From: an uncultured Spirochaetota bacterium
Lineage (GTDB): Bacteria > Spirochaetota > Spirochaetia > SZUA-6 > Fen-1364
Length of the DNA stretch: 64,000 nucleotides
Reading direction: 5' to 3'
Assembly (NCBI GenBank): GCA_963745235.1
Contig: CAVUXE010000046.1
Span: 1-64,000, forward strand
Part shown: positions 20,301-33,900 of the stretch, piece after piece
Layout: each line of letters starts with the position of its first letter
Position numbering within the stretch: the first letter of the stretch is position 1
Made by a program: the position numbers and the translations under genes
The notes under the pieces: model-generated
What the model was told of the DNA's origin: nothing
What the model saw: the letters and a program-made list of their open reading frames with translations, nothing else
Databases searched by the model: none

Positions 20301-21185
20301 GCCCTCACTGGCTGAGGAAGTCGCGACTGCCAGCACGGTCGAAAAGGCAGACTCCGTGAAAGGGTCGGCCGGGGATACCTTCTCACTTTCGGCGCGCTTG
20401 GAAGCGAAGACAGGGATCTCGGGTGGCTCTCCGCGCGCAATCGCTTCCGCGAGGCGGAGAGTCGACTCCTTCGGGGGGCTGTCCAGCTCTTCTTCCAGCA
20501 TGCGTCGGCATTCCTCGAACTGGTGGCTTGCCGCGGCCCGATTTCCGTCCCACGCGTGCAGCCGCATCAACATTGCATGGGCGGACTCATCCATCCTGTC
20601 GACGCCAAGCCTCCGGTGCGCAAAGCTGATGGCTGAGCCGAAGTCTCCGGCGGCGGCGTGGCACAGGACGAGCCGGTCCAGCACGTGCACCGCCTCCAGC
20701 CGGTACTTCTCCGTCGTGAAGAATTGCCAGTCATCGAAATCCACGCTGTCCTTCAGCGTGAACCCCGCGAGAAACTCCCCGCGGAACATCCCGACTGCCT
20801 CGCTCAGAACCGGAAGACAGCCTTTGCATATCGCCTGGCGTCCGTGGGCATGGCTGCCGCAAAGGGCGAGCAGGTCTCGAGATCTCGAGATGTCGATATG
20901 GAGGTCAGGCGACTGGACCAGGCGGATGGTTTCCCGTTCCGCGTCGAGAAGTCCTTTGCCGAGCGCGCTCCGAAGCGTCGAGAGGGTACGTCGAAGCGCC
21001 GCGTGTCCGCCGGCCCGGCCGTAGCGCGACCACAGCAGTGTGACCAGCGCGTCGCGGCTCACCGGCTCCGCGGTGTCAGCGAGGTATGCCATGAGGGCGA
21101 CAGCCTTCCGCGTGTCAAGATGGACAGGGGCCCCGTCAAGCTCGATGAGTGGTGGTCCCAGAAACGCCAGACGCACCCGTGCCAT
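17284..21185 (-). CDS. SARP/BTAD + degenerate cyclase-like + AAA (STAND-like) + TPR regulator, ~1300 aa, split by a 1-nt frameshift near 19933
   Basis: N-terminal 'RLAFLGPP...RKAVALMAYLA...SRDALVTLLW'; BTAD 'FDDWQ...ESAHAMLMRL'; Walker A 'GEAGIGKS'; Walker B 'LVFEDLHWAD'; C-terminal 'LELRATMSL'. Adding one C to the C5 run at 19931-19935 joins ORFs 19902-21185 and 17284-19914. Confidence 0.85.
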
Positions 21186-21251
21186 TTTTCCTTGCCCCGA
21201 CCAAATATACTAGCCGAACGGCCCCCTGACGACCAAAAGGGGAGCTTCCGC

Positions 21252-21644
21252 TCACTGCGGCCCCTTTGCCGCACGGTCCCGCGCAGCGCAAACCGAGCGG
21301 GTCTCCTCTCGTTCGTTGGTCATGTCGACGTACTCCTTGAGGACGCCCGGGGGCAGGTTCAGATAGACGGCTTGCAGAAGCTCCTGGCGCGACGGCCACA
21401 CCTCGACCAGGTCCCCGATTGTGGAAATGTCCCTGAGAAACTCCAGTCTCGGCCAGTTGGATTCCTTCGAGAGCTCCTTGTACGCCGGCCAGACGAGGAA
21501 GGAGTACTTGCCGGGTATGTCGTCCTCGGACCACCTGGACAGGACGTCGTCTGTAATCCTCGCGGCAAGCTCCTGCTTCCTGTCGGGTTGCGCGTAGAGC
21601 AGTGTCGTTGACAGGAACCACAGAATCAGCACACGCCACCTCAT
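21252..21644 (-). CDS. Hypothetical secreted protein (130 aa)
   Basis: Signal peptide 'MRWRVLILWFLSTTLLYA|Q'; SD GGGGAGG upstream. Confidence 0.6.
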   Translation of the reverse strand: MRWRVLILWFLSTTLLYAQPDRKQELAARITDDVLSRWSEDDIPGKYSFLVWPAYKELSKESNWPRLEFLRDISTIGDLVEVWPSRQELLQAVYLNLPPGVLKEYVDMTNEREETRSVCAARDRAAKGPQ

Positions 21645-21854
21645 TCACGCCTCCCCTTCACTCCATTTCCCGAGGATAGTGTGTCCGGGCGCGCCGTGGA
21701 ATCCGCCACATTCATCATTTTTCCTTTGGCGTCTCCCCGGCAGAGACTGGTTAGGAATAACCATCCCCGAGGTTGACAACCGACCCGGGCCCTGCGCAAC
21801 GGGCGGAAATCTCATCTTATTATAGAAGACATCAACCGCGGAGGAAGAAAAAAC

Positions 21855-21884
21855 TTGACGGTGACTCAAAGCGGCCAGTACGTT
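21855..21884 (+). promoter_or_regulatory. Possible sigma70-type promoter of the giant LEPR-XLL gene
   Basis: TTGACG-N18-TACGTT preceded by an A-tract (UP-like), ~36 bp before the ATG. Confidence 0.35.
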
Positions 21885-21920
21885 CTTAGCTGAGATGCTG
21901 CGTCGGGGTCCGGACGGGCA

Positions 21921-24900
21921 ATGAAGCGAAGCAAGTCTGACTTTCAGCTTGAGCAGCTTGAGCCCAGGCTGCTCCTGTCCGCCTCGCCGCTGCTGCCCCA
22001 GGCAATGACTGCCGCCGCGTTTCAGAGTGAGAGCCCGGTGGCAGTGCAGGGCCTGGAGGCCGGGCAGCAGGCGTCCATCGACTTGCACACATCCTTCACG
22101 TACAATCCAGCCGCCAATGTGAGCGACCTGTTCGCTCGCGGCCCCGCGGAAGGCGCCGCGGCTCAGGCAGCCCCTCCCGCCGCGCCGGCCGGCAGCTCAG
22201 CCGCGGTGCAAGCGGTGCGCCCAGAGACCACCGCCGCTGCCTTCGGAGCTTCCCTTGCGCAGCCGGCTGTGTCATCGAACACCGGTTTGGCGGTAAACAA
22301 CGGCGCGGGCGCCACGCCTTCCCCCTCGCAATCAAGCATGACAGATCAGCGCACGGAAACGTTGAGCTCGGCCCAGCCCCCGCCCCCGGCGGCCGAGCAA
22401 ACGTTGACCTACACCGCGGGCCCGTATGGCAGTGACGTGACGCTTCGACTCAACCCTGAGGACCCGGGCACTCTGCAAATCGTTGACGACGGATCCGGCG
22501 CGGTTGTCGCAAGCAGCCCGCTGAGCGCGGTGGGTGCGGTCCATGTAAGCGGCGCGAACAACGCGGACAATACGCTGACCGTTGATCTCTCGGTGCCCTT
22601 CTGGCTGAAGGGCGGTGTCGTGTTTGACGGCGGTACCGGCGGGTACAACACTCTCGCCGTGATCGGACCAAAGGGCGGCAGCGTCAGCTACACCGCAATG
22701 GGGACCGGCTCCGGGGTGATGTCGGTGTCCCTGGGCTCGAGCAGCACGTCCATTTCCTTCACGGGTCTGGCACCCGTGGACATCAGTGGAGGTGTTGCGT
22801 ACACCTTTACGCCGGCCTCCGCCACGCTGAGCGGCGGCGGTCCGACGCTGGACCCAACCGCTGCGGTGGATATCACCATTGGAAGTTCCGCAGGCGTAAA
22901 TGTTCTGACTGGCACCATCGGCGGGGTACCGTTCGAGCAGGTCAACCTGCTTGGCGTCTCCAGCCTTACAATAGATCTTTCCGGCGGCGCCTCACCATAC
23001 ACGAACCCCGACACCGTTACTCTTGCTTCCAGCGGTTTTACCACCGCGGGGCTTGAGAACGTCGATATCCTTACAGGCAGCGGAAGCAATTCGATCACCA
23101 TCCAGGGCGCCAGCCTTGCCCTTCCCGCCCCTGGAGGATCATTTGCCATAGACGGCGGGACAGGCAGCACCACTCTCGTTGTGGCCGGCACGTACGGCTC
23201 AGCTTCTGTGAGCGCTGCTGGCGCGACCACGGGCACCCTGGCTTTGGACGGGTCGTCCCTTTCATTCTCGAACATCGCTGAGCTTCAGCTCCCCGCGGCT
23301 ATCGGGTCGTTCACCTACCAGGGCAGCGGCGCTGAGACCATCCAGGGCGTGGCTGGCAACGCGTCCCAGGTTCAGATCTCGGGCTCCGGGCCCACCGTCC
23401 AGCTCGCTGATCCCTCCGCCGGCCTGACAGTAGAGGCGGGCTCGGTTGACCTGGTCGGAAGCTTCGGCCTCGGTGGAGCTGACCTCTCGGTCAACGCACA
23501 GACCATCACTGTTGATTCCGGCGCGGCAATCGGCTCCTCCGCCAATACGGTGGGAACCGTCACCCTGAGCGCCACGGCTTCTGATGGCTCTCCGATTACT
23601 GATCCCTCGCTCCTCCAGGCGCAGTACGCCACCATCACCATCGACGGCTCGATCGACGCAACAGGCAGCGTCGACGCCAACGCAACGGTGACCCGCGCCG
23701 TGGACGTGAGCGAGCCCGGCGTCTTCGACCTCACCGTGTCCTCCGCCTCCAGCGCCGGCCTCACGGTGGGAAGCGGAGCAACCCTCACCGGGTCTTCCAT
23801 AACACTGGGCGCTGCCACTCAGGGGAGCGTCATGGCAGCCGATGGCGGCGCGATCACCATGGATTTTACGGAAACCTCCGCCACCGATCTCACGGGAGCC
23901 ACGCTCACGGCCAGCTCCATCCAGGTGTCAGCGGGAAGCTCGACAGTCTACTCGGCAGTCGGCCTGGCCGCCACGAACGCGGTGCCCGGGAGCGCGAGCG
24001 TCTCGGTCACCGGTTCCACGCTGACGGCAAATGCGGGCGGGGTGAGCATGACGGCGCTGGACAGCGTGAGCGTCAGCGCGCAGGCAGAACCCCAAGCCCT
24101 GGATCTCGGCACCCTCTCCACATCGAAATCCCTTTCGGTGTCCCTGGCTCGGAACGACCTTGACCGCAGCGTCTCCGCCACGGTGAGCGGGTCCACGCTG
24201 AGCGCAACGGGCGGGGACGTCAAACTGACGGCCACCAAGGCAGACGTCGCAAGCGCCACCACGCACACGGTCACGCTGATTGACTCCACGTCCACACCTC
24301 CGCCCAACTCGGACACCGTGAGCCTTGGAGGCACTTTCTCCGCCAACCTCCTGCTCGGCGACGTGACTGCTTCCATCGATACGAGCACCGTCACCACCAA
24401 TGGCACCGGTGCCATCCTGATCGACGCAAGAGACACTTCCGCCGTTGATGCCCACTCTGATCTCAGCGCCACGGATGCGCCGGGGACGCTGACGGCGGAC
24501 ACATCAGGGGTGGCCGCGGGTCCCTCCATCGCCTTCAACGCGCTGGGCTGGACGTTCGGCCAGTCGTTTACGGGCTTTGCTCTTGAAACCATTAACACCC
24601 TGCTTGGCACACAGATCGGCGACTCCCCGCAACCGGTAACGAGCCAGGCGTCCATCAGCGACTCCTCGGTGAGCGCGGGCGGAAGCCTCTCGGTGACAGC
24701 GGAAAGCCAGCCGCAGCTGAACGCCACAGTAAGCAACGCGGCAACCTCCACCTCCTCCGCCCTGTACGGCGCGAGCGGGTCGAGCGCCAGCGGCATCCTG
24801 GCCAGCAACAGGGTGGCGAGCCAGGCCACGGCGTTCATTGACAATACAGGCGCCGCAACCGGGGTGAGCGTGAGCGCAGGCGCGGGGGTCACGGTCAGCG

Positions 24901-27900
24901 CCAGCGACAATTCCGGCATCTATTCCAACAGCAAGGTGGTTTCTTCCTCGATAACGACCAGCGACGGAGGGGCCGCCGTTCTCGGCCAGGCAGTGGACCA
25001 GTTGACTTCCGCAACCTACGACACCACCCCTGATACGGGGTTGACGACGGAAGTCCGGTCCCTCCAGTTCGGCGACACAGTGCGCCTGGACCAGGGCTAC
25101 ACAGGGGGCGGCGCACCGGGAGTCGTGTACGAGTACATGGGCACAGCGGCAAGCGGGGCCGGCCTGGACCTCGCCTCGACCAACTATGCGGACCTGGGCT
25201 ACTGGAAGCCGCTGCCCCAGACGCAGCTCATCCCGCAGGGCAACAGCATCAGCCCCTCCAATTCGCTGGCGGTGGGCGGGCTGGTGGTTCGGAACGAGGT
25301 GAGCGGTGGGGCAACCGCGTACATCAACAACGCCACGGTGACCGCCGCGGGCGGCAACATCGATGTCACGGGCACGCAAAACGCCATCATCACGGCAACC
25401 GCGGACAGCTCGGCAAGCTCCTCGGGAGGCAGCGCTTTTGGAAGCGGCAGCTCCCTTGCCGTGGATGGGACAATCGCCACCAACGTCATGCTCTCCTCCT
25501 CGCAGGCGTACATCACCGGCAGCAGCATCACGGCCACGGCGGGAAACATCGAGGTGGAGGCCACAGACAACGCGGACATCGCCGCCACCACGAAGCAGGC
25601 CACCACCACCAACGCCACCGGCGTGAGCGTGATCCTTGCGTTCAACACCGTGGGGTGGGACGCTCAAAACGTTCTCTACGATGCGCTGGATGCCCTGCTC
25701 GGGACCCAGATCGGCACAAAGGACCCTGACCTCACTACGGCCTCTATCACTGACTCCTCCGTGACAGCGGGCGGGACGCTGACGGTGCAGGCCCTTTCGG
25801 AGGCGCGAATCTCCTCCTCAATAGGAAACGATGCCACGGCCGCCACAACGGCGTTGTTCGGAGCTTCGGCGGCAAGTTACGCCGGGATCCTGTCCAGCAA
25901 CATGGTTGCAACGAGCGCGGACGCGTACGTCGACAACACCGGCGCCCGAGCGGGCACCACGGTGCAGGCCGGCGGGAATGTGACGGTGAGCGCCAGGGAC
26001 ACCCCGACCATCAGCGCGAAGTCCAACCTCCAGGACCCCGCCTCGGCCGCCAACGACGGCGGAGCCGGGATCCTCAACTCCCTTGCCCAGTCGCTCATGG
26101 AGGACTACCAGTACACGAGCAACTCAGGGACGCAGGCGCTTGCCTTTGGAGACATGGTGCGGGTGGCGGATGGCTACTCCGGCGGAGGCTCAGGAGGGAC
26201 CGTCTACGAGTACATGGGTACGCCGAACGCCGTCGATCTTGGGACCGAGAACTACGGTGATGCGGGTCTGTGGAAGCAGCTCGACACCACCAACATCGTT
26301 CCCACCTCCATAGCCAAGACGGCGCTCAAAGCAGTCGGGCTGGGCGGTGGAAGTGCCACGGCCATGGGCGGGCTGGTGGACCGAAACGACGTCCGCGGCG
26401 AAGTTTCGGCGTACATCACCGCGGCCACGGTGACGAGCACTGCGGGCAACATCATGGTGCAGGCAATCGAGGCGGCCATGATCAGCGCCGTGGACTCGAG
26501 CGTCGTCTCCGCGAGCCAGAGCACAGCGGGGGTCATCGTCACCAACCTGGTGTTGAGCTCAGCCACCGCCTTCATCACGGCGGGCAAAGTGACCGACAGC
26601 GGCGGCTCCGTTACCGTGGACGCGGAGGATGACTCCTCCATCAACGCCACTGCCACCACCTCGGTGAAGGGCAGCAAGCAGGTGATCGGGTTCGTGGTCG
26701 CCTTCAACACGGTTGGCTGGCAGGCGCAGGATCTGCTGTCAAGCACCGTGGATGCACTGATTGGAGATCCCGCGCTCGCGAACGTCTTCGGCGGCGAGCA
26801 GCCGGCCTCTGTAACCGCGTACGTGGAGGACTCCACGATCACGACCTCGGGAGCCGTCTCTGTCACCGCGCAGAGCGCAGCCGGCATCAACGCCGCGGTG
26901 AGCGACAAGTCCACGTCGAAGGCCACGAACAACTTCGCAATCGGCGCAAAGTACGGCACGAACGGGATGTCGGCGGGCGCGCTCCTGGCAAGCAACAAGG
27001 TGGCCAGCAGCGCGAATGCATACATCGATACCGCCACCGGAACGACCACCGTTACCGCATCCGGCGGGGTAACGGTTTCCGCCGCGGACAAGAACAGCAT
27101 TACCTCTGACACAACGGTGCTCGTGTTCTCCGCCACCACCAACGACCTGAGCGCCCTCCAGCAGCTTGCCGGCACCCTGGCGCCGACGAGCTACAACTAC
27201 ACCACCGCGTCCGGAACGCAGACGCTTTCCCAGGGCGACATTGTCCTGTACTCCGGCGGCCACGCGACGGGGGGGAACGGGACGGAGGGAGGCCTCTACC
27301 AGTACGTGGGCCCGGGCGCATCGCTTGACCTGGGTTCTCAGGGCTATGACACGGATACTGCGAACTGGACAAAGCTCTCCTCTTCCGACCTGTCGAACCT
27401 CCTGTTCCCCAACATCGGCAACCTCACGGATTCCAACTCCCGCGCCTACGGCGGACTCGTCGTCTACAACGACGCCCGCGGCCAGGTCAGCGCGTACATC
27501 AATGACGCAACGGTCACCGCCTCCACGGGGGACGTGAGCGTATCCGCCCTGGAGCAGGCAATGATCCAGGCCACGGCAACCAGCAATGTCTCCTCCAACG
27601 GGGGAAGCGCGTTCGGCAAGGGAGATTCCCTGGCGGCCAATGGCCAGATCGTCACCAACGTCGTGCTGGCAAGTGCTGATGCCTACATCAGCAACGCCAC
27701 GGTGACGGCCACTGCCGGCAGCGCCCTGGTGAGCGGAAAGAACGCCTCCGGCGTGGACGCCACCATCGACAGCTCGAGCGTTGCGGGAGGCTCGAGCCTG
27801 GACGTCACCATCGCCTTCAACTCCATCGGGTGGAAGGCGCAGAACATTCTCTTCAATGCAATAGACGCTCTCCTCGGGGACCCCGCCATCTCCAGCGCCT

Positions 27901-30900
27901 TCGGCGGCTCGCAGCCCGCGGATGTCCAGGCGTACATCACGGACTCCACGGTGAGCGCCGGCACGGACGTGAAGGTCACCGCGCTGGACAACACCCAGGT
28001 CAACGCCACGGTGAGCAACGCCGCTGACACAACGGCGTCCGGCCTCTATGGGAACTCGGGCAAGGGGCTGGGCGCGGTGCTCGCCAGCAACAAGGTGAAC
28101 GGCTCCGCAAAAGCCTACATCGCGGACCTCAGCACCACGGACGGGACTACCACCAGCGTCACCGCCGGGGGCAGCGTCACAGTGGACGCTGAGGACAACA
28201 CTGGGATCTATGCCAACTCCAAGATCGTTTCCTCCACCATCACCACGGATGACGGCGGCGCCTCGGTGATCCAGGGGGAGATCAACGGCCTGATCCCCGC
28301 GGACTACACGACCTCCGCGGGCATGGCCCCCGTGTCCCTTTCCTTCGGCAGCACGGTGCGGCTGGGAAGCGACTTCTCCGGCAGCGGCACTCCGGGGACG
28401 GTCTACGAGTACATGGGCACCGCGACAACGGGAGCAAACCTCGACCTGACCGCCCAGGACTACACGAACCTGGCTTTCTGGAAGCCGGTAGCCCAGACTG
28501 AGCTCGTTCCCCAGGGGCTGAACGTGGACTCCTCCGACGCCACGGCGGTGGGAGGAATCGTCGTCCTGAACGACGCGCGCGGGAGCGCAACGGCGTACGT
28601 GGACCAGGCCACGGTGAAAGCGGGCCAGGCACTCACCGTCAAGGCGATAGAAAACGCCACGATAACCGCGACCGTGGATTCCACCGCTAACGCCTCCGGC
28701 GGCAGCGCTTTCGGCGAGGGCAAGTCCATTGCCGTGAACGCAACCATCGCGACGAACCTCGTGCTCTCCAGCGCCGAAGCGAGCGCCACCAACAGCACCC
28801 TCACAACAACGTCCGGCGCCGCGCAGGTGGAAAGCCAGGACACCTCGGTCATCACCGCCACCACTGACAGCGCCACGACGAGCAGCGGCACCGGAGTCGG
28901 TATCACGCTCGCTTTCAACACGGTGGGTTGGAAGTCGGAGAATTTCCTCTTCAATACGGTGGACGCTCTCCTGGGGGACCCCGTCATTTCGGAGGCTTTC
29001 GACGGCTCGAGCCCCGCGAACGTGCAGGCGCTCGTCCAGGACTCCACGGTGAACGCGGGCGGCGCGCTGACGGTGAGCGCCCTTTCGAACGCGATAATCA
29101 ACGCGACGGTCAGCAACAATTCCACCTCGGCGCCGTCAGCCTTCGTGGGCGCCAAGAGCCTTTCCATCGGCGGGGTGATAGCGGAAAACATGGTCAACGG
29201 TTCCGCAAGCGCCTCCATCACGTTCACGGGCAGCAGCCAGGGGACGGTCAGCGCGGGCGGAGCCCTGACTATCGACTCGGAAGACAATTCCGTCATCGAT
29301 GCCACCAGCACGCTGGATGCCGTCTCCTCCACTTCGCAGAACAGCGGCTTCACGATCCTGGAAAACCTCGCCAACACTCTGGCTACCGAATACCAGTACA
29401 CCACGGAGTCGGGAACGCAGAATGTGACCCCTGGCGCCATGGTGCGGCTGCAGGACCAGTACGCCGGGGGAGGGACGCCGGACACGATTTACCTGTTCGT
29501 CGGGACCGCTGCCCAAAGCCTGGACCTGGGAAGCCAGAATTACGCTGACACTTCCTTGTGGCAGCCGGTCAGCACCAGCAACATCGTCAGCGATCTCGCC
29601 GGCCTGGGGATCAACTTCTCGGATTCCAGCTCCACCGCCATTGGCGGCCTCGTGGTGCACAACGACGCCCGCGGAAGCGCGGCAAGCTCCGTCACCAACG
29701 CTTCCGTGAGCGCGGCGGGGGACTTCACCGTCGAGGCAATCGAGAACGCCGCAATAGACGCCACGGACACGAGCACGGTGAGCTCCGATGGCGGAAGCGT
29801 CTTCGGGGGTTCTTCGCTCGCGGTGAACGGCATCATCGCCACGAACAACGTCCTGAGCGGCGCCACCGCGACAGTGAGCGGCAGCAGCATCACGACCACG
29901 AGCGGCGGCAACGTGGATGTCACCGCGCAGGACAATTCGGTGATCGACGCCTCCGTCACCAACAGCACCACGGCGGACGGCTCGGCCGTAGGGGTGACCC
30001 TGGCATTCAACACCATCGGCATCACGCCGCAGAACTTCCTCTTCAACACCGTGGATGCGCTGTTCGGGACGAACATCGCCAACGAGCAGCCGGATGACGT
30101 CGAGGCCATCATCCAGTCCACCAGCGTGACCGCTGCCCGGCGGCGTGGATGTCAGCGCCGCCTCCAGCGCTTCAATCGACTCCACGGCAAGCTCTTCGGT
30201 GAGCGCCTCGGACGTGAGCTTCAAGGGCTCCACCGCGGTCACCGTGGGCGCGGTGGTCTCGCTGAACAAGGTAAGCACCTACGTGCGCGCGGAGATCGAC
30301 GGCTCCACCGGCATCACCGCCCAGGCGGGGAACGTCCAGGTCCAGTCCACGGACAGCTCCACCATCACGAGCACCGTGTCCGCGCCCACGCTGTCGGTTG
30401 CCGTGTCCACGGGCAAGTCCCTCTCCGTGGCCGTGGGCCTGAGCGTTGCCAGGAACGAGATCCACAACGACATGCAGTCGTTCATCCAGGGCGCGGGCTC
30501 CGTGACCGCGACTCACGGCAGCGTGAGCGTCACCTCCTCCGAGTCCGCCTCCATCACGGCAAGCTCCGCCGCCTCCGCCGTGGGCGTCTCCGTGAGCGCT
30601 TCCGACAGTCCGACGCCGGCCGTTGGCGGCGGCGGGGCCACGGCTCTGAATACCATCATTGGCGCGGCGAATGCCTACGTTTCCGACAGCTCTCTTGCTG
30701 CCACGGGGACCGCTGCCAACCAGGGCGCCGTAACGGTCTCCGCGACAGATTCCTCCGTCATTGACGCCGTCGTGGAGGCGACGGCAGTCACGGTGGGAGT
30801 TGGCGCGGGAACCACGCCAGCGTTTGCCCTGGGGGCCGCGCTCGCGCTGAACCTCGTGGGCTGGAGTAGCCTCACGACCCAGGACGACATCCAGGTGGAG

Positions 30901-33900
30901 GCGTACCTCACGGGAAGCAGCGTGAATGCTGCCACGACGTTCACGGTTTCCGCCACCTCCACGCAGGCCATCACGGCGACCATCACGGCAACATCCGTTG
31001 CAGTCGGAGTGTCGGCAGACCCGGCGTACGCGTTCTCCGTGGGAGCCTCTATCAGTGAGAACCAGGTGGCCGCCGACGTGTTTGCCTATGACGACGCCAC
31101 CAGCTCCATCCAGGCAGGGGCCGGCGGGATCAGCATCACCGCGGGGGACACCTCCTCCATCAGCACCGACACCCAGGCGGTGGCCGTGGCCGCCAACTTG
31201 AGCGGCGGGAGCGGCGGATCCCTCTCCATCGGCCTCTCCCTGGCGCAGAACACCATCTCCAACAGCGTGCAGGCGTACCTGAGCAACGCCGCCCAGGTCC
31301 TCACCCCGGGAAGCCTCACGGTTTCAGCAACCGAGTCATCCACCATCGACTCCACGGCCACGGCAGTGGCCGTTTCCGCGGGCATCTCAGCCGGCAGCTT
31401 CAGCTTTGCCGCAAGCGGCGCCGGCGTCGGGGCAACGAACGTGATCCTCATCTCCACCGAGGCCTACCTCAGCGCGAGCGCCGTAGGCAGCTCCGCCAAG
31501 CCGGTTGCCTCTGTTGCCATAACCTCGACGAACAGCTCCTCTATCACGGCGGACATCCTGGCCGTGGCGGCGTCCGTGACCTTCGGCGGAGGCTCAGGGG
31601 TCGGAGTGGCCGTGGGCGTGGCGGTTTCCGAGAACCTGATCGGCTTCGACCTGGCCGGTGATTCACTTCCGGTGGTGGTGGAAGCACTGAGCCAGGACAC
31701 GAGCATCGACTCGGTTGGCGCCCTGTCAATTTCCGCGACGGCCAGCCAGACTATCACCGCGAGCGCCATCGTGGGGGCCGCCGCCGTCGCGGTCACGGGA
31801 AGCGGCTCTGCGGCGTTGAGCGGCGCTGGAGAGAGCGCTCTGAACGAGGTGCAGGTGGACACCACGGCGTCCATCGACGGCGCCGGAACAAACGGAGTTG
31901 CGGCGGCAACCGTTTCCGTGATGGCAACTGATACGTCCACGATTTCCCTGGACGCGGAGGGAGCCTCTGTTGCCGCTTCCGTCTCGGGAGACGGGTCCCT
32001 CGCGGCCTCCATCGGCCTGACGCTTGCTCAGAATGCCATCTACAACCAGGTGGCTGCCTCGATTGTAAACGCCGCAAGCGGAGTCACGTCGACCTCGGGA
32101 GACATCACGGTGGAGGCCAGTGAGAAGGCAACCATCACCGCCACGGCAGCGGCCGCTTCGGCGGGAGTCGGAGTTTCCGCCGGCGCAGGGGCCGCCCTGA
32201 GCGGGGCCGGCGCGGCAGCGATCAACGTCATCCTCACAAAGACGGACGCTTTCATCGATTCGAGCATCGTGACGAGCGCGGGCGCCGTGACCATCCAGTC
32301 CACCGACACCTCTTCCATTACGGCGACTATCGCTGCCGTTTCGATCTCCGCGGCCGTCGGTGCGGGAGCGGGGGTTGGCGTTTCCATCGGCGTGTCGGTG
32401 GCAAGCAACCTGATCGGCTGGAGCCCCGACGCTTCCTGGTACCCCGGTGATGCCGGGGACATGACGCACAGCCCGGCCGAAGTGCAGGCTTGCATCCTCG
32501 ACTCGAGCGTGAGCGCAACCGGCGCGCTGGGACTTACGGCGCAGGCAAGCGAATCCGTCACCGCGCAGGTGGTGGCCGGCTCCGCGGCGGTTGCCGCCGG
32601 CGGCGGTGCGGCGTTGGCGGGCGCAGGTGCCGGGGTGAGCGCCACGAACCTCATCTCAACCAATGTCAAGGCGTACATCGACGGAGACGGCACCGCGGGG
32701 ATAGCGGCAGGAAACATCGGCCTCATGGCGGAGGACACCTCCACCATCAACGCGCTGGCAGGCGCGGCCGCGTTGTCGCTGTCCTTCTCCCCGAGCGCGG
32801 GCCTGTCCGTTTCCGTTGCGGCAACGATCGCCCAGAACAGCATTGAGAACACGGTGGATGCGTACATCCAGAACGCGGCTCAGGAAGTCCAGGCCACCGC
32901 GGGCAACATCATGGTCCAGGCCACCGAGCAGGCTTCCATCACCTCCCTGTCCGTGGCTGCCGCAGCTTCCTTCAGCGTGACGCCCGTGGGGGTATCCCTG
33001 GCGGGCGCCGGCGTCCAGTCCGCTGACAGCCTGGCGAACACGGTCCATGCCTGGGTTGAAAGCTCGTCAAACCTGACGGCCTCCGGCGCGGTCAGCGTCA
33101 GCGCGGGGGATACGGCAACCCTGGATGCGGAAGTGGACACCGCATCCATCGCGGTCGGGCTGACAGGGCTTGCGGTGGGAGACTCCCAGGCCTCCAACAC
33201 GATCTCGGACAACGTCTCCGCCTTTGTGGACGGCGCTTCCCTCACGGCGTCCAGCGGAAACATTTCAGTGACGGCGACCAGCACGCCGACAATCACCACC
33301 TCCACCACGGTCCTGTCCGTATCGGCGTCCATCGGCGGGGCGGGGGCGGGAGCTACCTCCATCACGACGATCAACGGGACCACGGAAGCCTCTCTGAATG
33401 GCGGCACTTTCACGGCGAAAGGCAACAGCGTCAGGGTGTCTGCCACCTCGAGCGCTTCGGTTGATCCAACCACGCAGGGGGCATCCGGCGGTCTTGTCAG
33501 CGTGGCGGTGATGATGTCCGACGCGGAAATCCACGGGACCACGGAAGCCTTCGTGGGCGGATCCAGCACGGTCACGGCGAGCGGCCTTTCAATCACTGCA
33601 ACCGACACGAGCCATGGGACCCCTGATACCTCGGTGACGGGAGTCGGAGGACTCACGGGCGCCGGCGCGGAGTCCAAGACCGTGATCAGCCGCGCGGTGT
33701 CCGCGTTCATTGCTGACGCGGCGAACGTCTCAGTGGGATCCGGCGCCGTCTCCATAACCGCGACATCCGCCGACACGGCTGACGGCACAACCACGGGACT
33801 TTCCGGCGGCGCTATAGCCATCACGGCCCTCGTGGTGGACATGGAGCTGAACGGTTCCACGACCGCCTCCGTTGGTGACGGCGTGACTCTTTCCGCGGGA

